A DNA stretch of 20,367 nucleotides from Methanobacteriaceae archaeon. GTDB lineage: Archaea; Methanobacteriota; Methanobacteria; Methanobacteriales; Methanobacteriaceae. The notes under the pieces are model-generated. The model worked only from the letters and a program-made list of their open reading frames with translations. It was not told the DNA's origin and ran no database searches. The first letter of the stretch is position 1, and each line of letters begins with the position of its first letter. The translations under genes were made by a program, and so were the position numbers. Location of the stretch: the NCBI GenBank assembly GCA_003558085.1, contig PWMT01000037.1, positions 1 through 20,367 on the forward strand. Reading direction: 5' to 3'. Of this stretch, positions 1 to 10,834 are shown one piece after another.

Positions 1-524
1 ACAGGAATGGTAATATTATCATCTAGGGGAGTATAAGCCTCTATTATAGCTCCGGAAGCAGCTCCTAAAAATGCTATTTCTAAGGGTAATTGAGTCCAGG
101 CTCCTAAAAATCCCACCAAGCAAAAACTAATACTTCCCTGCCAAGTTTTATGAGAATGATAGGGTAATTTATTTTTTCCCAGTCTTTTACCAACCAAAGT
201 AGAAGAGGCGTCACCTAAAACCAGTATAATGATAGCTGCATTGGCTATGGCCATATTAAACCCGAAAAATGCAAAAGTTAGAGTTAATCCTAAAAAAAAA
301 TAAATAAAACCCTTTTCATTTTCATCTCGACGGCAATTCCTTAAAATTTTAGAAAGAAAAGGGATATAGTATTTTTTATCTAGTTTTAGTATTATTTCCC
401 CAGAAATAGCAGCTAGTAAAGATAATATGATTAGAAAAGGTAGTGGGATGATTGTTCCTACGAAAATGAATAATATGCCTGAACTATGTATAAGTTGTCT
501 AAGTAATTCTCTTTTAAATTTCAA
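1..524 (-). CDS. Dolichol/polyprenol kinase (SEC59/DGK1/VTE5, CTP-transferase-like) membrane protein; 3' end runs off the window
   Basis: Not in the ORF track. Hand translation from TTG at 524, with RBS GGTGA at 533-529: MKFKRELLRQLIHSSGILFIFVG...IIILVLGDASSTLVGKRLGKNKLPYHSHKTWQGS...GAIIEAYTPLDDNITIPV. It has the family motifs RxxxH, GD-x-x-S-x-x-VG, KTxxGS and DDNxxIP, and is hydrophobic throughout. Confidence 0.85.
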   Translation of the reverse strand, partial: MKFKRELLRQLIHSSGILFIFVGTIIPLPFLIILSLLAAISGEIILKLDKKYYIPFLSKILRNCRRDENEKGFIYFFLGLTLTFAFFGFNMAIANAAIIILVLGDASSTLVGKRLGKNKLPYHSHKTWQGSISFCLVGFLGAWTQLPLEIAFLGAASGAIIEAYTPLDDNITIP

Positions 525-554
525 AAATTCACCGAACTATGTTATGAGAATAAT

Positions 555-2705
555 TCATGACATGAAATCTTCTATTACACCATAATAGGCCTTTTCTAGT
601 TTAGTTAAATCCATATCCACTAGTTTTTTCACTTTTAATTTAGTGCCTTTTACTTCACCCAAAACTGCTGCAGAGACTTCAATTTTTCCTAGCACTTCTT
701 CTACCTGATCTGCCTTTACCGTGATAATATATCGGCCATGTGATTCTGAAAATAATGTTTCAAATTTGTCAGTATTCTTGCTTGGAGCTTTATCTAAATC
801 AACTTCCGCCCCCAAGCCCGATTTTATAGCCATTTCAGAGAGAGCTATAGCAACACCCCCCGCTGAACAATCATGAATAGCGGTTAGGGATGAAGATAAA
901 TCACTATTTAATAATTCAAGTATGGTATTGGCAGATTTCAGTTCATCATCAATACGTATTTTAGGTGCAGATCCCTGGACCAGTCCATGAATGGTACGAT
1001 AATATTCTGAACCATCAAGTTCTGGATAAGTATCTCCTAATAGAATAATTTTATCTCCTTCTTCTTTAAAATCCATAGTCCTAACTTGAGAAATATTAGC
1101 TAAACCCACAACTCCTACCACTGGAGAAGGATTAACAGTTACTCCTTCAGTTTCGTTATAAAAACTCACGTTTCCGCTGATAACCGGACTCTTAAATTTT
1201 CGAGCTACATCTGCCATTCCCTGCACACATTGGGAGAATTGCCAAAATACTTGACTTTTTTCCGGATTTCCAAAGTTAAGACAATCCACCACACAAATCG
1301 GTTTAGCGCCCATAGAAACCACATTTCTTATAGCCTCAGCAAGAGATCCAGCACCTCCATGATAAGGATCTAAGGTAGTATGTATACTATTGCAGTCTAC
1401 AGTTAAAGCCACTGCAGTATCCTCATCAACTCTTAAAACTGCTGCATCATCACCTGGCTTTATCATAGTCCTAATTTGTACTTCATGATCATATTGACGA
1501 TAAATCCATTTTTTACTGGCTATATTAGGAGAAGATAATATTTTTAAAATGGCTTCATCTGGAGCAGGGTGTTCTACCTCTATCTTTTTTTCTTTTTTAT
1601 CTATTTTTTGAGATTCTCTTTCCACTACTGGCGGATCAGCTAGCAAATGAGCTGGTAGATTTGCAATTATCTCTTCATCATTTTTTACCATCATCATACC
1701 TGTATCTGTGACCTCGCCGATCACGGCCACTGGTAATTCATATTTTTCACATATCTCTACAAGTTTATCTAAATACGCAGGATTGATTACAAACATCATT
1801 CTTTCCTGTGATTCGGAAAGCATTATTTCATAGGGAGTCATGCCTTCTTCTCTTAGTGGTATGGCCCTTAAATCCACCCAAGCACCATTATCACCTTTAG
1901 CTGCTAATTCAGATATGCAGCAAGTCAACCCGCCTCCTCCTAAATCCTTAGCTCCAGAAACCGGTATTTGTGCCATTATTTCTAAACTAGCCTCTAAGAC
2001 CATTTTTTTGGTGAAAGGATCTCCAATTTGGACAGCAGGGCGGTCTTCTATTTCAGAACTGGTTGTTAATTCTTCACTGGCGAAAGTGACCCCATGAATG
2101 CCGTCTCGGCCTGTTCTACCTCCCATTAATAAAAATAAATCACCGACATTAGACGCTATTGCCTGTACAACATCCTTTTTGGGAACGATTCCTGCGCACA
2201 TTACATTTACCAAGGGGTTCAACTGAAAATTATCATCAAATTCTATTTCTCCTCCCACCGTAGGTATGCCTACCCTGTTACCATAATCTGAGATTCCTTT
2301 AACTACATTTTCAAAAAGATATCGTGATTTTTGATCCTCCAAGGGACCAAAACGAATCGAATCCAGTAAAGCAATTGGCATGGCACCCATAGAAATTATA
2401 TCACGTAAAATACCCCCTATTCCAGTGCCAGCGCCACCATAAGGTTCTATTGCTGAAGGATGGTTGTGACTTTCAATACCTACCGCCAGAGCTAATTCTT
2501 CAGTAATTTCCACCAGGCCAGCATCATCACCTGGTCCTAAAATTATTCTTTCACCTTCGGTAGGAAACAAACTCAAAATTGGGCGGCTGCTCTTGTAAGA
2601 ACAATGCTCAGAAAACATTACATCTAGCATACCATGTTCTAAAGAATTAGGTTCCCTTCCCAATTTATCTTTTATATATTCTATTTCTGAATCAGTTAAA
2701 ACCAT
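555..2705 (-). CDS. purL: Phosphoribosylformylglycinamidine synthase subunit PurL (small type)
   Basis: 716 aa with [57 protein letters not shown] and SGNVSFYNE motifs. Confidence 0.98.
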   Translation of the reverse strand: MVLTDSEIEYIKDKLGREPNSLEHGMLDVMFSEHCSYKSSRPILSLFPTEGERIILGPGDDAGLVEITEELALAVGIESHNHPSAIEPYGGAGTGIGGILRDIISMGAMPIALLDSIRFGPLEDQKSRYLFENVVKGISDYGNRVGIPTVGGEIEFDDNFQLNPLVNVMCAGIVPKKDVVQAIASNVGDLFLLMGGRTGRDGIHGVTFASEELTTSSEIEDRPAVQIGDPFTKKMVLEASLEIMAQIPVSGAKDLGGGGLTCCISELAAKGDNGAWVDLRAIPLREEGMTPYEIMLSESQERMMFVINPAYLDKLVEICEKYELPVAVIGEVTDTGMMMVKNDEEIIANLPAHLLADPPVVERESQKIDKKEKKIEVEHPAPDEAILKILSSPNIASKKWIYRQYDHEVQIRTMIKPGDDAAVLRVDEDTAVALTVDCNSIHTTLDPYHGGAGSLAEAIRNVVSMGAKPICVVDCLNFGNPEKSQVFWQFSQCVQGMADVARKFKSPVISGNVSFYNETEGVTVNPSPVVGVVGLANISQVRTMDFKEEGDKIILLGDTYPELDGSEYYRTIHGLVQGSAPKIRIDDELKSANTILELLNSDLSSSLTAIHDCSAGGVAIALSEMAIKSGLGAEVDLDKAPSKNTDKFETLFSESHGRYIITVKADQVEEVLGKIEVSAAVLGEVKGTKLKVKKLVDMDLTKLEKAYYGVIEDFMS

Positions 2706-2842
2706 TTTAGCACCCTTAAAATGTCCATTTTATAAGTTTAATTTTTAAAAATTTGTAATTATAACTGGTTATTTTTTAATAGCAATTTATTTATAATAAA
2801 TCTTAGCTAATAGATCTGCTAAAATAATTGAGAAAGGCGATT

Positions 2843-5800
2843 TTAAACTTTTGATATGGAAACTGTAAGTTTTTCACCTTCTATCTCCCAGTTTTTAGTA
2901 TAATCACCAGAAATATGGCCAAAGGAAATCTGTTGACTTCTAACTTCTTGGGCTATAAATTCCAGGTTAGATTCCACTTGTTCCTTAAATTTTTCACTAC
3001 ATTGAACTTGTACCTCAATATTCGCTTCTATTTCCAGATCCATATCTTTTCGCATATCTTGAATTCTTCTTATTAGTTCCCGGGCCATTGATTCAGAGAG
3101 TATCTTAGGTGTAAGTTGCGTATTTACGAATACACTTCCTCCCTCAAATTCTGCACTTACTACATCTTCTGGAAGTTCAGTTTCATAAATTATATCCTCT
3201 GTAGATATTTCCACCGTCTTATTTTCCAGATCTATTTTCAATAATCCTTCTTCTTCTATTAAATTTTTTATATAAGCTGCATCTAAATTATCCAATATAT
3301 TAGCAACTTTAGGAACATCTTGACGTAATTTTGGGCCTAATGTTTTCATATTCGGTTTAGCTATAATCTTTAAATCAGGAAATTCATGTTTGGTAAATAC
3401 TTTTTTTGTATTGGCCTGTTCTCTGATTACTGATTGTAGATCGTTAGCAGCCTGAAGTACATTTTCATTTTCAGATACTACCATAATTTCACTTACCGGC
3501 CATCTTAATTTGTAGCGAGCAGTGTCCCGTGCTCGGGCACTAGCTTCTATAATATTTCTAACCACGTCCATTTGTGATTCTAGTTTTTGATCAATTAGAT
3601 CTTCGGAATAACTCCAATCCAGCATATGCACGCTTTCCCTGGCCTGATTATTAACCTTTCTAATTAAGTTATGATACATTTCTTCACAAACGTAGGGAGC
3701 TATGGGAGCCATCATAGTAAGTAAAAGTTCCAAGATGGAATGTAAAGTATGATAAGCACCTAATTTGTCAGGATCATCTTTTTCTACCCAGGTTCGGCCT
3801 CTAATTAACCTAATATACCAACGACTTAAATCTTCCAGGATAAATTGATTGAGGCTGCGAGTGGCTTTATGAAAATATAATTTGTTTAAGGCATTGGTTA
3901 CTTCTTTAGCTACAGAATTGACTCTAGAAAGTATCCAAAGATCCTCAGTTCTGAGTTTAAGATTTTTTTCGCTACATTGGAGCGGATTAAATTTATCCAA
4001 TGCCATATAAGTGGTGGAAAATACATAAACATTCCACCATATGTTAAACATTTTATTAACATTCTTAAGTTCTTCCCAAACAAATTTAAGATCTTCCCAG
4101 GGTTTATTAGCCCATAATAAATAGAATCGGAGTATATCGGCTCCATATTTTTCTATAACTTCCTCTGGCTCTACCACATTACCTAGAGATTTACTCATTT
4201 TTCTTCCCTCTTCATCCAGAGTGAAACCATGCATCAATACCTTCTGGTAGGGGGTTCTATTTAAAGCAATTATTCCTGTACCTAATTGTGAGTAGAACCA
4301 TCCTCGGGTCTGATCATGTCCTTCGGTGATAAAATCATAGGGGAACCATTGCTCAAATAAATCCTTTTCTTGAGGATAATGTAGAGAAGCCCATCCAGCT
4401 ACTCCTGAATCAATCCATACATCCAAAACATCAGGGGTGCGCTTCATCTTACCGCCGCATTCACATGGTATGGTGATTTCATCCACATGAGGGCGATGAA
4501 TATAATCACCCTTAAAATCAGTTTGTGAGGCTTTTTCTTTTAGTTCTCTTAAGGATCCGATCACAGTTATTTCTTCACAACTATCACAAGACCAGATCGG
4601 AATAGGAATACCCCAGTATCTTTGCCTGGATATAGTCCATTCACGAGCATTTTCAATCCAATTTCGAAATCTGCTTTCTCCTGCCCAGGAAGGTATCCAT
4701 TCTACTTTATCTAATTCATTGAGCATCTGCTCTTTAATCTCCGGTATTTTTAAAAACCATTGTTTGGTAGCCAGGTAAATAATAGGCGTTTTAGATCTCC
4801 AACAAAAACCATAACGGTGAGTAATAGTATCTGATTTCCACAATACTCCCTTAACATCCAGATCAGCCATGATGAAAGCATCAGCATCTTTTACAAAAAT
4901 ACCTTCATATTTACCGGCTTCTTCCAGGAAATGGCCTGATTCATCCACTGGAGAGAATATGGGTAAGTCATATTTTTTACCAATTTCAAAATCCTCTGGA
5001 CCATGCCCCGGTGCAGTGTGAACACAACCCGTTCCTTCGGTTAAGCTGACATGTTCACCAGGCAATATTTTATGTTTAAATTCTTTTTGTACTGGTATTT
5101 CCTGATTTAAGGGATGTATGTATTCTTTTCCTTCCAACTGGTAGCCCTGCACAATTTTCAATATTTCGTAATCTTTATCTTGGAGTAGACTTTCCACTAA
5201 AGCTTCAGCTATAATGTAAACTTCATCATTTACTTTTACATATGCATAATCAAATTCAGGATGTACGCAAACCGCCATATTTGCAGGGAGAGTCCATGGA
5301 GTGGTGGTCCACAGCATAATATATTCTTTCCCATTATCAGCTATTTCTGGATTTTTTAAGGGGAATTTCACATATATTGATGGATCTTCCTTGTTTTCAT
5401 AATCAATTTCAGCCAATGCCAGGGCAGTTTCACAACGGGGACACCAAGATATTACTCGAAAATCATGTAACAGCAGATCTTTTTTATAAGCTTGTTTTAA
5501 GGTCCACCAACAAGATTCCATGTACTGGGGATCAAAAGTTTCGTAGGGATCATCCCAATCCATCCAGATACCTAAACGCTGGAATTGTTCCGTCATTATC
5601 CCCTTATTTTCAATAGCAAAATCCCTACACTTGTTGATAAAATTTTCTATTCCTATTTTAGATTCAATTTCTTTCTTACTTTGGATTCCCAATAGAGTTT
5701 CCACTTTGTGTTCTATAGGAAGGCCATGAGTATCCCATCCGGCCTGTCGGCGAATGTTATAACCATTCATAGTTTTAAAACGAAGATAAGTATCCTTAAT

Positions 5801-5992
5801 GATCTTATTCCAGGCTGTTCCTAGGTGAATGCGTCCACTGCAGTAGGGAGGGCCGTCTAAAAAAGAATATTTTGCTTCTTTTTCTCTTAATAGCTGGGTT
5901 TTTTTATAAATATCTTTTTCATCCCAGAAATTCTGGATTTCCTCTTCAATAAAGTGGGGTTGATATTTTTTTTCTGCCTCCTGGATGGGCAT
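2843..5992 (-). CDS. ileS: Isoleucine--tRNA ligase (archaeal/type 2)
   Basis: 1049 aa with DGPPY...HLGT (HIGH), [19 protein letters not shown] editing domain, [32 protein letters not shown] and KMSKS. RBS AAGGAG lies upstream. Confidence 0.98.
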   Translation of the reverse strand: MPIQEAEKKYQPHFIEEEIQNFWDEKDIYKKTQLLREKEAKYSFLDGPPYCSGRIHLGTAWNKIIKDTYLRFKTMNGYNIRRQAGWDTHGLPIEHKVETLLGIQSKKEIESKIGIENFINKCRDFAIENKGIMTEQFQRLGIWMDWDDPYETFDPQYMESCWWTLKQAYKKDLLLHDFRVISWCPRCETALALAEIDYENKEDPSIYVKFPLKNPEIADNGKEYIMLWTTTPWTLPANMAVCVHPEFDYAYVKVNDEVYIIAEALVESLLQDKDYEILKIVQGYQLEGKEYIHPLNQEIPVQKEFKHKILPGEHVSLTEGTGCVHTAPGHGPEDFEIGKKYDLPIFSPVDESGHFLEEAGKYEGIFVKDADAFIMADLDVKGVLWKSDTITHRYGFCWRSKTPIIYLATKQWFLKIPEIKEQMLNELDKVEWIPSWAGESRFRNWIENAREWTISRQRYWGIPIPIWSCDSCEEITVIGSLRELKEKASQTDFKGDYIHRPHVDEITIPCECGGKMKRTPDVLDVWIDSGVAGWASLHYPQEKDLFEQWFPYDFITEGHDQTRGWFYSQLGTGIIALNRTPYQKVLMHGFTLDEEGRKMSKSLGNVVEPEEVIEKYGADILRFYLLWANKPWEDLKFVWEELKNVNKMFNIWWNVYVFSTTYMALDKFNPLQCSEKNLKLRTEDLWILSRVNSVAKEVTNALNKLYFHKATRSLNQFILEDLSRWYIRLIRGRTWVEKDDPDKLGAYHTLHSILELLLTMMAPIAPYVCEEMYHNLIRKVNNQARESVHMLDWSYSEDLIDQKLESQMDVVRNIIEASARARDTARYKLRWPVSEIMVVSENENVLQAANDLQSVIREQANTKKVFTKHEFPDLKIIAKPNMKTLGPKLRQDVPKVANILDNLDAAYIKNLIEEEGLLKIDLENKTVEISTEDIIYETELPEDVVSAEFEGGSVFVNTQLTPKILSESMARELIRRIQDMRKDMDLEIEANIEVQVQCSEKFKEQVESNLEFIAQEVRSQQISFGHISGDYTKNWEIEGEKLTVSISKV

Positions 5993-6116
5993 GTGAAATC
6001 TCCTTTGCTTTAATAAATCCTTAGACTAGTAATGGTCTATAATTAGAATTATATAATTAATTATTTTGAGTTAACTAGATTAAAATCTCATTCATCACTA
6101 TTCCATTATGAATATC

Positions 6117-6130
6117 TTTATAAAGGTTTT
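6117..6130 (-). promoter_or_regulatory. Predicted BRE/TATA promoter for ileS
   Basis: The minus strand reads AAAACC-TTTATAAA about 125 bp upstream of the ileS ATG, matching the archaeal BRE+TATA layout. The region is AT-rich, so the call is not certain. Confidence 0.5.
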
Positions 6131-6250
6131 AAAGTAATCATGATGCTCTAGATAAAATTATGATATATTTCTGCTAAGAACCAATTATTTTTTATCTTAA
6201 CTCAATATCTAGTTTTAAGTTGTTTTAGTAGAATAAAAATACTATTCTTA

Positions 6251-7459
6251 TTAAAAGGTTCTAAGTTCTCCTTTAATCAGCTTATCAGTGATGGAGGAAA
6301 TATCTTCAAACCAGTTATCCATAACAGATTCCGCTTCCTTCTGCACATCCCCCATTTTATAGCCATTCTGAAGAATAATTTGAGAGTTAGCTGCTTTAGG
6401 TTCATCAATAGGTTTACCTATTTGACTTAAAATTAGTATATGAACCTGTTTAACACCCTCCACCTCTTTCACAATATCTACTGCAATTTGGTTAGATAGT
6501 AGATTATAAATTTTACCTACATGATTTATAGGATTTTTTCCAGATGTAGCTTCCATAGACATTGGCCTATTGGGAGTTATTATACCATTAGCCCTATTTC
6601 CTCTTCCTACTGAACCATCATCACCCATTTCAGCAGAGGTGCCAGTAACGGTTATATATACTGAAGGTTGTCCATCTTCTTCAAAATAATCCGCAGTGTT
6701 TACGAATATTTCTAATTCCCTATTAGTGAATTTGGAGGCTAGATGAAAGACTTCTTGTTTAATAATGGACTTCATATCCATATAAGTATCTATAGTATCA
6801 ACATAACGATCTATCATAGCTACAGCCACAGTTAGGATAATTTTATCTCCTTCACGAAGACCCATAACTTTAATATCCTCCCCTACAGCAGGATACTTCT
6901 TCTTAAATTGTGGAGAGTTAAGCATGTATTCAGTTTCCATAACGATAGTTTCAGTTTCAGAGAAGGGTGCAAAGCCCACTCCAAAGGAAGTGTCATTGGA
7001 AAGTGGCGTTTTTCCTTCCCGGGCAAAAACATCTCTTAAATCCCCTGACCCATGGCCGATTTTGCATTCCACGACAACACAACTTTCCACATCTAAATTG
7101 ATAATATTATCTTTCAAATAATCTTTTGCGGTTTTAATAGCAATTCTATCTAATCCTATCTTTTGTCCATCAATTTCAGAAATGCCACGCCCGGTTAACA
7201 ATATATCCATGGGCTTAAGGACTTCTCCCCCTCCAAATTCAGGATTTGATTCCCCTGCAGTTATCTGAATTTCGTCAGTATTATGATGCATGATAGCACC
7301 AAATCTATCCAAGTAGGCATTACATAAAGATTTACTTACTGCTTCTGCTATTCCATCACTTATGCTATCTGGATGGCCGATCCCTTTTCGCTCCACTATT
7401 TCTAAGTCTTGATCCTCAATAGGAGTTTGATTAAGTTTTTCTACAATAATGTTCCTCAT
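6251..7459 (-). CDS. mat: Archaeal-type methionine adenosyltransferase (SAM synthetase)
   Basis: 402 aa with [41 protein letters not shown]-x-VGRGNR-x-NG and [19 protein letters not shown] at 7474-7469. Confidence 0.97.
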   Translation of the reverse strand: MRNIIVEKLNQTPIEDQDLEIVERKGIGHPDSISDGIAEAVSKSLCNAYLDRFGAIMHHNTDEIQITAGESNPEFGGGEVLKPMDILLTGRGISEIDGQKIGLDRIAIKTAKDYLKDNIINLDVESCVVVECKIGHGSGDLRDVFAREGKTPLSNDTSFGVGFAPFSETETIVMETEYMLNSPQFKKKYPAVGEDIKVMGLREGDKIILTVAVAMIDRYVDTIDTYMDMKSIIKQEVFHLASKFTNRELEIFVNTADYFEEDGQPSVYITVTGTSAEMGDDGSVGRGNRANGIITPNRPMSMEATSGKNPINHVGKIYNLLSNQIAVDIVKEVEGVKQVHILILSQIGKPIDEPKAANSQIILQNGYKMGDVQKEAESVMDNWFEDISSITDKLIKGELRTF

Positions 7460-7604
7460 AAAGAATAACCTCCCAATTAATAAAAAATGTTGAAGCTAAT
7501 TTAAATGATTTATTCTAACTCTGATAATTAGAAGACTGGTCAGAGTGATTAGAAATTTATTAGTTAATGATAGCTCCTTTAAAAATGGTTAATAGTATGG
7601 TAGA

Positions 7605-7641
7605 TATTAGTGCTTGGCACTGATAATATAAATAAATTTTC
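7605..7641 (-). promoter_or_regulatory. Predicted mat promoter (BRE/TATA) with adjacent operator-like palindrome
   Basis: The minus strand reads GAAAATTTATTTATAT, followed immediately by TATCAGTGC-CAA-GCACTAATA (8 of 9 bp inverted repeat, 7605-7625). Confidence 0.4.
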
Positions 7642-7730
7642 TTATACATATTAATACCAGCATATGGTATAGGAAATGTAAAATTTTTACTTAAAAATTT
7701 TGTTAACTAAGTCTATCCTTAGGTGTATTT

Positions 7731-8093
7731 ATGTCCAAAAAATTTATGTTGATTAATCTTACACGTAATAAAATATTAGGTCCAGTTACATTTGCTGATA
7801 AATTTTTATCTCGTTTTAAAGGACTCATGCTTAAAAATAAAATAGAATCAGGCCTGGTACTTAAGATTCCTGCAGGAAGGGGGAAAAGAGGTTCGGCAAT
7901 TCACATGTTTTTTATGCGGATACCGCTGGATGTGATTTTTCTAAACGAAAATAGGGAGGTATTAGATATGGTTTCATTAGAACCCTGGAATATGTATACC
8001 CCCATTAAACCAGCCCGTTATGTTATAGAATTAGAAAAAGGTTCTATAAAAAAATCTTCTACTCAAATAGGAGATTTTTTCGATTTCCAATAA
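7731..8093 (+). CDS. DUF192 family protein
   Basis: 120 aa with ADxFxxRxxGLM, IHMFFMRIPLDVIFL and ARYVIELxxG, typical of DUF192. RBS AGGTG at 7721-7725. Confidence 0.9.
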   Translation: MSKKFMLINLTRNKILGPVTFADKFLSRFKGLMLKNKIESGLVLKIPAGRGKRGSAIHMFFMRIPLDVIFLNENREVLDMVSLEPWNMYTPIKPARYVIELEKGSIKKSSTQIGDFFDFQ

Positions 8094-8123
8094 AAAAAAG
8101 TAGAATTAGTTTAAAGTGAAAAA

Positions 8124-8516
8124 TTAACCTCTTTTTTTTATCTCCTTTAGCGCCAAATTAGAAACCCTTTGCACCACCTTATTATCATCATTTTGAGCCC
8201 TTTCCAACGGTTTTATAGCTCTCTCATCCCCTATAATTGATAGAGTAATGGCGGCCGCATATCTTACACCGGATTTTTCATCTTCTAATAAATCAATTAA
8301 AGGTTCTATTGGGTCTTTACTGTCAAATGTAGCTAAAGCTAATGCCGATGCTTCCCTAACATGATAATCTTCATCTTGTAGAGATTTGATCAAATGATCT
8401 ACTGCGCGAGGATCTCCTACCTCAGCTAAAAGTTCTGCAGCATCTTCACGTACATTCCAATCACCAGTTTCTAGTTGTTTTACCAGAAAATCAATTCTTT
8501 TTTTCGGTTCAACCAT
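8124..8516 (-). CDS. HEAT/PBS-lyase-like repeat protein
   Basis: 130 aa with three to four repeats of the VRxxAAxxLxxxGDxRAVxxLIxxLxD type. RBS GGTGG upstream. Confidence 0.9.
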   Translation of the reverse strand: MVEPKKRIDFLVKQLETGDWNVREDAAELLAEVGDPRAVDHLIKSLQDEDYHVREASALALATFDSKDPIEPLIDLLEDEKSGVRYAAAITLSIIGDERAIKPLERAQNDDNKVVQRVSNLALKEIKKRG

Positions 8517-8613
8517 ATAACCACCATTTTATATTATATAGTGGGAAACTATTAATTAATTACTATTCTCAGAAAGTCTAAGTATAAGACCATAACCTCA
8601 TTAAAAAAAATAT

Positions 8614-9306
8614 TCAGATATGTTTTTCAATATCATTAGGATTTTCCAAAACAGATACTCCATTTAGATGGGTTAACTTGCGGGTATTTTCCACATCAAG
8701 ATATCTCATATAAATAGTAATAATTTTTCCACCGGAGATTGCTTGAAAAGGACAAGTTAATTCACAGGTACCACAACCAGAACATTTTAACAAATTTATT
8801 TCAGTTCCAGGTATTATGGCATCTTGAGGACAAGCTGCAGCTGCTTTACAAGGCTGACAATTTTCACATTTTTCTAGTTCTAATTTGGAAGGAAGTACGG
8901 TATCAACATCTCCTTCTTCTAAATCAACCGGAATAATTAAAGTCTTAACTTTTCCTTTACCTGCCTGGGCTACCGCATTGGTTATTAGGTTATCAGCAAT
9001 TCCATGTACTATCTTGGCCACGGTATTGGAGGTAGTGGGGGAAACAATAAGTAGCTTATAACGTCCCATAGATAAACGGCCTGTTATGGGATAACTATAT
9101 TCCTGTTCCCTTTCCAAAGCCAATTCTCTATAATAGCCACCAGTAACTTTTTTAACCCTGTTAAATAAACCATACATTTTTAATACTTCTTCTCCTGCTC
9201 TGGATAGAAAAACAGTGACTTTATGTTCCAAAGATAACTTTTCCAGTTCTACTACACTTTCCAAGAGTAAGTGGCCTGCCCCGGTAAATGCCCATGCAAT
9301 ACGCAT
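8614..9306 (-). CDS. dmrX: Dihydromethanopterin reductase (acceptor), an AfpA-family flavoprotein with a 2x[4Fe-4S] insert
   Basis: [15 protein letters not shown]-terminus and [29 protein letters not shown] (archaeal flavoprotein). It also carries CENCQPC-x5-CP and [12 protein letters not shown] cluster motifs, the architecture of M. jannaschii DmrX. Confidence 0.85.
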   Translation of the reverse strand: MRIAWAFTGAGHLLLESVVELEKLSLEHKVTVFLSRAGEEVLKMYGLFNRVKKVTGGYYRELALEREQEYSYPITGRLSMGRYKLLIVSPTTSNTVAKIVHGIADNLITNAVAQAGKGKVKTLIIPVDLEEGDVDTVLPSKLELEKCENCQPCKAAAACPQDAIIPGTEINLLKCSGCGTCELTCPFQAISGGKIITIYMRYLDVENTRKLTHLNGVSVLENPNDIEKHI

Positions 9307-9349
9307 AATTATTGCCTCAGTGAAAAAAGTTCATAAAAATTGATTTATA

Positions 9350-10618
9350 TTATAATTCCACATATTGATAAGCCTCATCAGGAGTGAAGGCATAGTGAAC
9401 TTTAGTGTAATCATCCATAAATTCTGCAATTTCATCTTTAAGGTTAGCACCATCCACCACTACTTTTTTAATATAATAAGCCACCTCACTCATATGTGAT
9501 TCTTTCATACCTCTACGAGTAATTTCCTGAGTCCCTAAACGAATTCCAGAAGGATCATCAGCACGGTCTACATCATCCCATGGTAATAAATTTTTATTTA
9601 AGATTATATTGTTAGATTCTAATTGTTTAGAAAGTTTTGCTGCTCTTCCCACATCTGAAACATCCATTACAACTTGATGAGATTCAGTAAATCCTAAATC
9701 TTCACATAATACATTAAATCCTTCTTCATGAAGACTCTGAGCTAGGGCCTTAGCATTTTTAATTATTTGATAAGCATATTCTTCACCAAATTCTAACATT
9801 TCTGCGGTGGCAATACCCAGCCCAGCCAGATGATGTAGATGATGATTGCTTAAAACTCCAGGGAAAACTGCTTCATCAATCTGGTTACTTAATTCTTTTT
9901 TAGATAAAATAATCCCACCTTGTGGTCCTGGAAAAGTTTTATGAGTACTTCCTACTAGTAAATCCGCTCCTTCCTTTAGAGGATCCTGGAATTGTTTACC
10001 TGCTATCAATCCCAGTACATGTGCTCCATCATACATTACCCGGGCTCCAACTTCATCTGCAGCTTCACGAGCTTCTTCTACTGGATGAGGGAATAAGAAT
10101 AAACTACCACCTAATAGAACAATTTTTGGTTTTATTTCCAAGATTCTTTTTTGCATACTAGGGGCATCAATATTCATTTTTTCAAAATCAAAGGGATGAG
10201 TGTAAACTTTTAAACCTCTAATACCTGCAGCGCTAACCTTAGCATGGGAAATATGACCACCGTAAGGTACTTCCATGGCCATGATAGGATCGTTATACTT
10301 ACTGAATGCAAAAAAAGATGCAAGATTAGAAACTACACCTGAAATAGGCTGTACATTAGCATGTTCCGCGTTAAAAAGTTTTTTGGATAAGGAAACGGTT
10401 ATATCCTCAATAGCATCAATGTACTGACATCCTTCATATAATCTGGAGCCAGATAAACCCTCAGCATACCGATGTGATAGGTCTGATATGGTAGCTTCTC
10501 TAACCAGGGAACTAGTAATATTCTCACTGGCAATTAGGTTAATACTTCTTTCCATCCACTGGGTGTGCTCTTTTAAAAGTTTCTTGATTTCATGAGCATG
10601 ATCTTCATTTACAGACAT
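9350..10618 (-). CDS. glyA: Serine hydroxymethyltransferase (archaeal, probably tetrahydromethanopterin-dependent)
   Basis: 422 aa with [13 protein letters not shown]...RLYEG, GGHISH, YDGAH, PLP-lysine motif [12 protein letters not shown] and SGIRLGT. RBS GAGGAG at 10635-10630. Confidence 0.97.
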   Translation of the reverse strand: MSVNEDHAHEIKKLLKEHTQWMERSINLIASENITSSLVREATISDLSHRYAEGLSGSRLYEGCQYIDAIEDITVSLSKKLFNAEHANVQPISGVVSNLASFFAFSKYNDPIMAMEVPYGGHISHAKVSAAGIRGLKVYTHPFDFEKMNIDAPSMQKRILEIKPKIVLLGGSLFLFPHPVEEAREAADEVGARVMYDGAHVLGLIAGKQFQDPLKEGADLLVGSTHKTFPGPQGGIILSKKELSNQIDEAVFPGVLSNHHLHHLAGLGIATAEMLEFGEEYAYQIIKNAKALAQSLHEEGFNVLCEDLGFTESHQVVMDVSDVGRAAKLSKQLESNNIILNKNLLPWDDVDRADDPSGIRLGTQEITRRGMKESHMSEVAYYIKKVVVDGANLKDEIAEFMDDYTKVHYAFTPDEAYQYVEL

Positions 10619-10794
10619 TATTAACAGTACTCCTCAATATTGATCTTGATGATTCTCATAGATGATATGAAAATAAGAATATAAATTTGAGTTAAAATAT
10701 TATTATATTCTAAGTATTAATTAAAAATTAGAAATAGTACTATAAATGATTTATTCTTCGTCAATAGAGGAATTTAAAAATAAATTTTGGGTAT

Positions 10795-10834
10795 AAAAAA
10801 AATTTAAATAAGGGAGATTATATCTCACTTATTT
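10795..10834 (-). terminator. Probable hdrA transcription terminator (hairpin plus T8)
   Basis: The minus strand reads AAATAAG-T-GAGAT-ATA-ATCTC-C-CTTATTT, a 12-bp stem with one mismatch that overlaps the stop codon. It is followed by AAA and then TTTTTTTT (10802-10795). Confidence 0.65.

Noticed and set aside
291-300. A9 homopolymer in the kinase-like gene as a frameshift or phase-variation site
   Set aside because: The frame stays open through it (YFFLG), and such runs are common in this AT-rich DNA.
7513-7625. SAM-I riboswitch-like words (UUAUCAGAG, GUGCCAA) on the mat strand
   Set aside because: They occur in the wrong order, and the P2/pseudoknot and GCAACC elements are missing. This is not a SAM-I riboswitch; the structure is reported separately as an unknown leader.
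10676-10711. AGAATATAA-N18-TTATATTCT inverted repeat upstream of glyA
   Set aside because: It is almost entirely A/T in a very AT-rich spacer and is plausible by chance.
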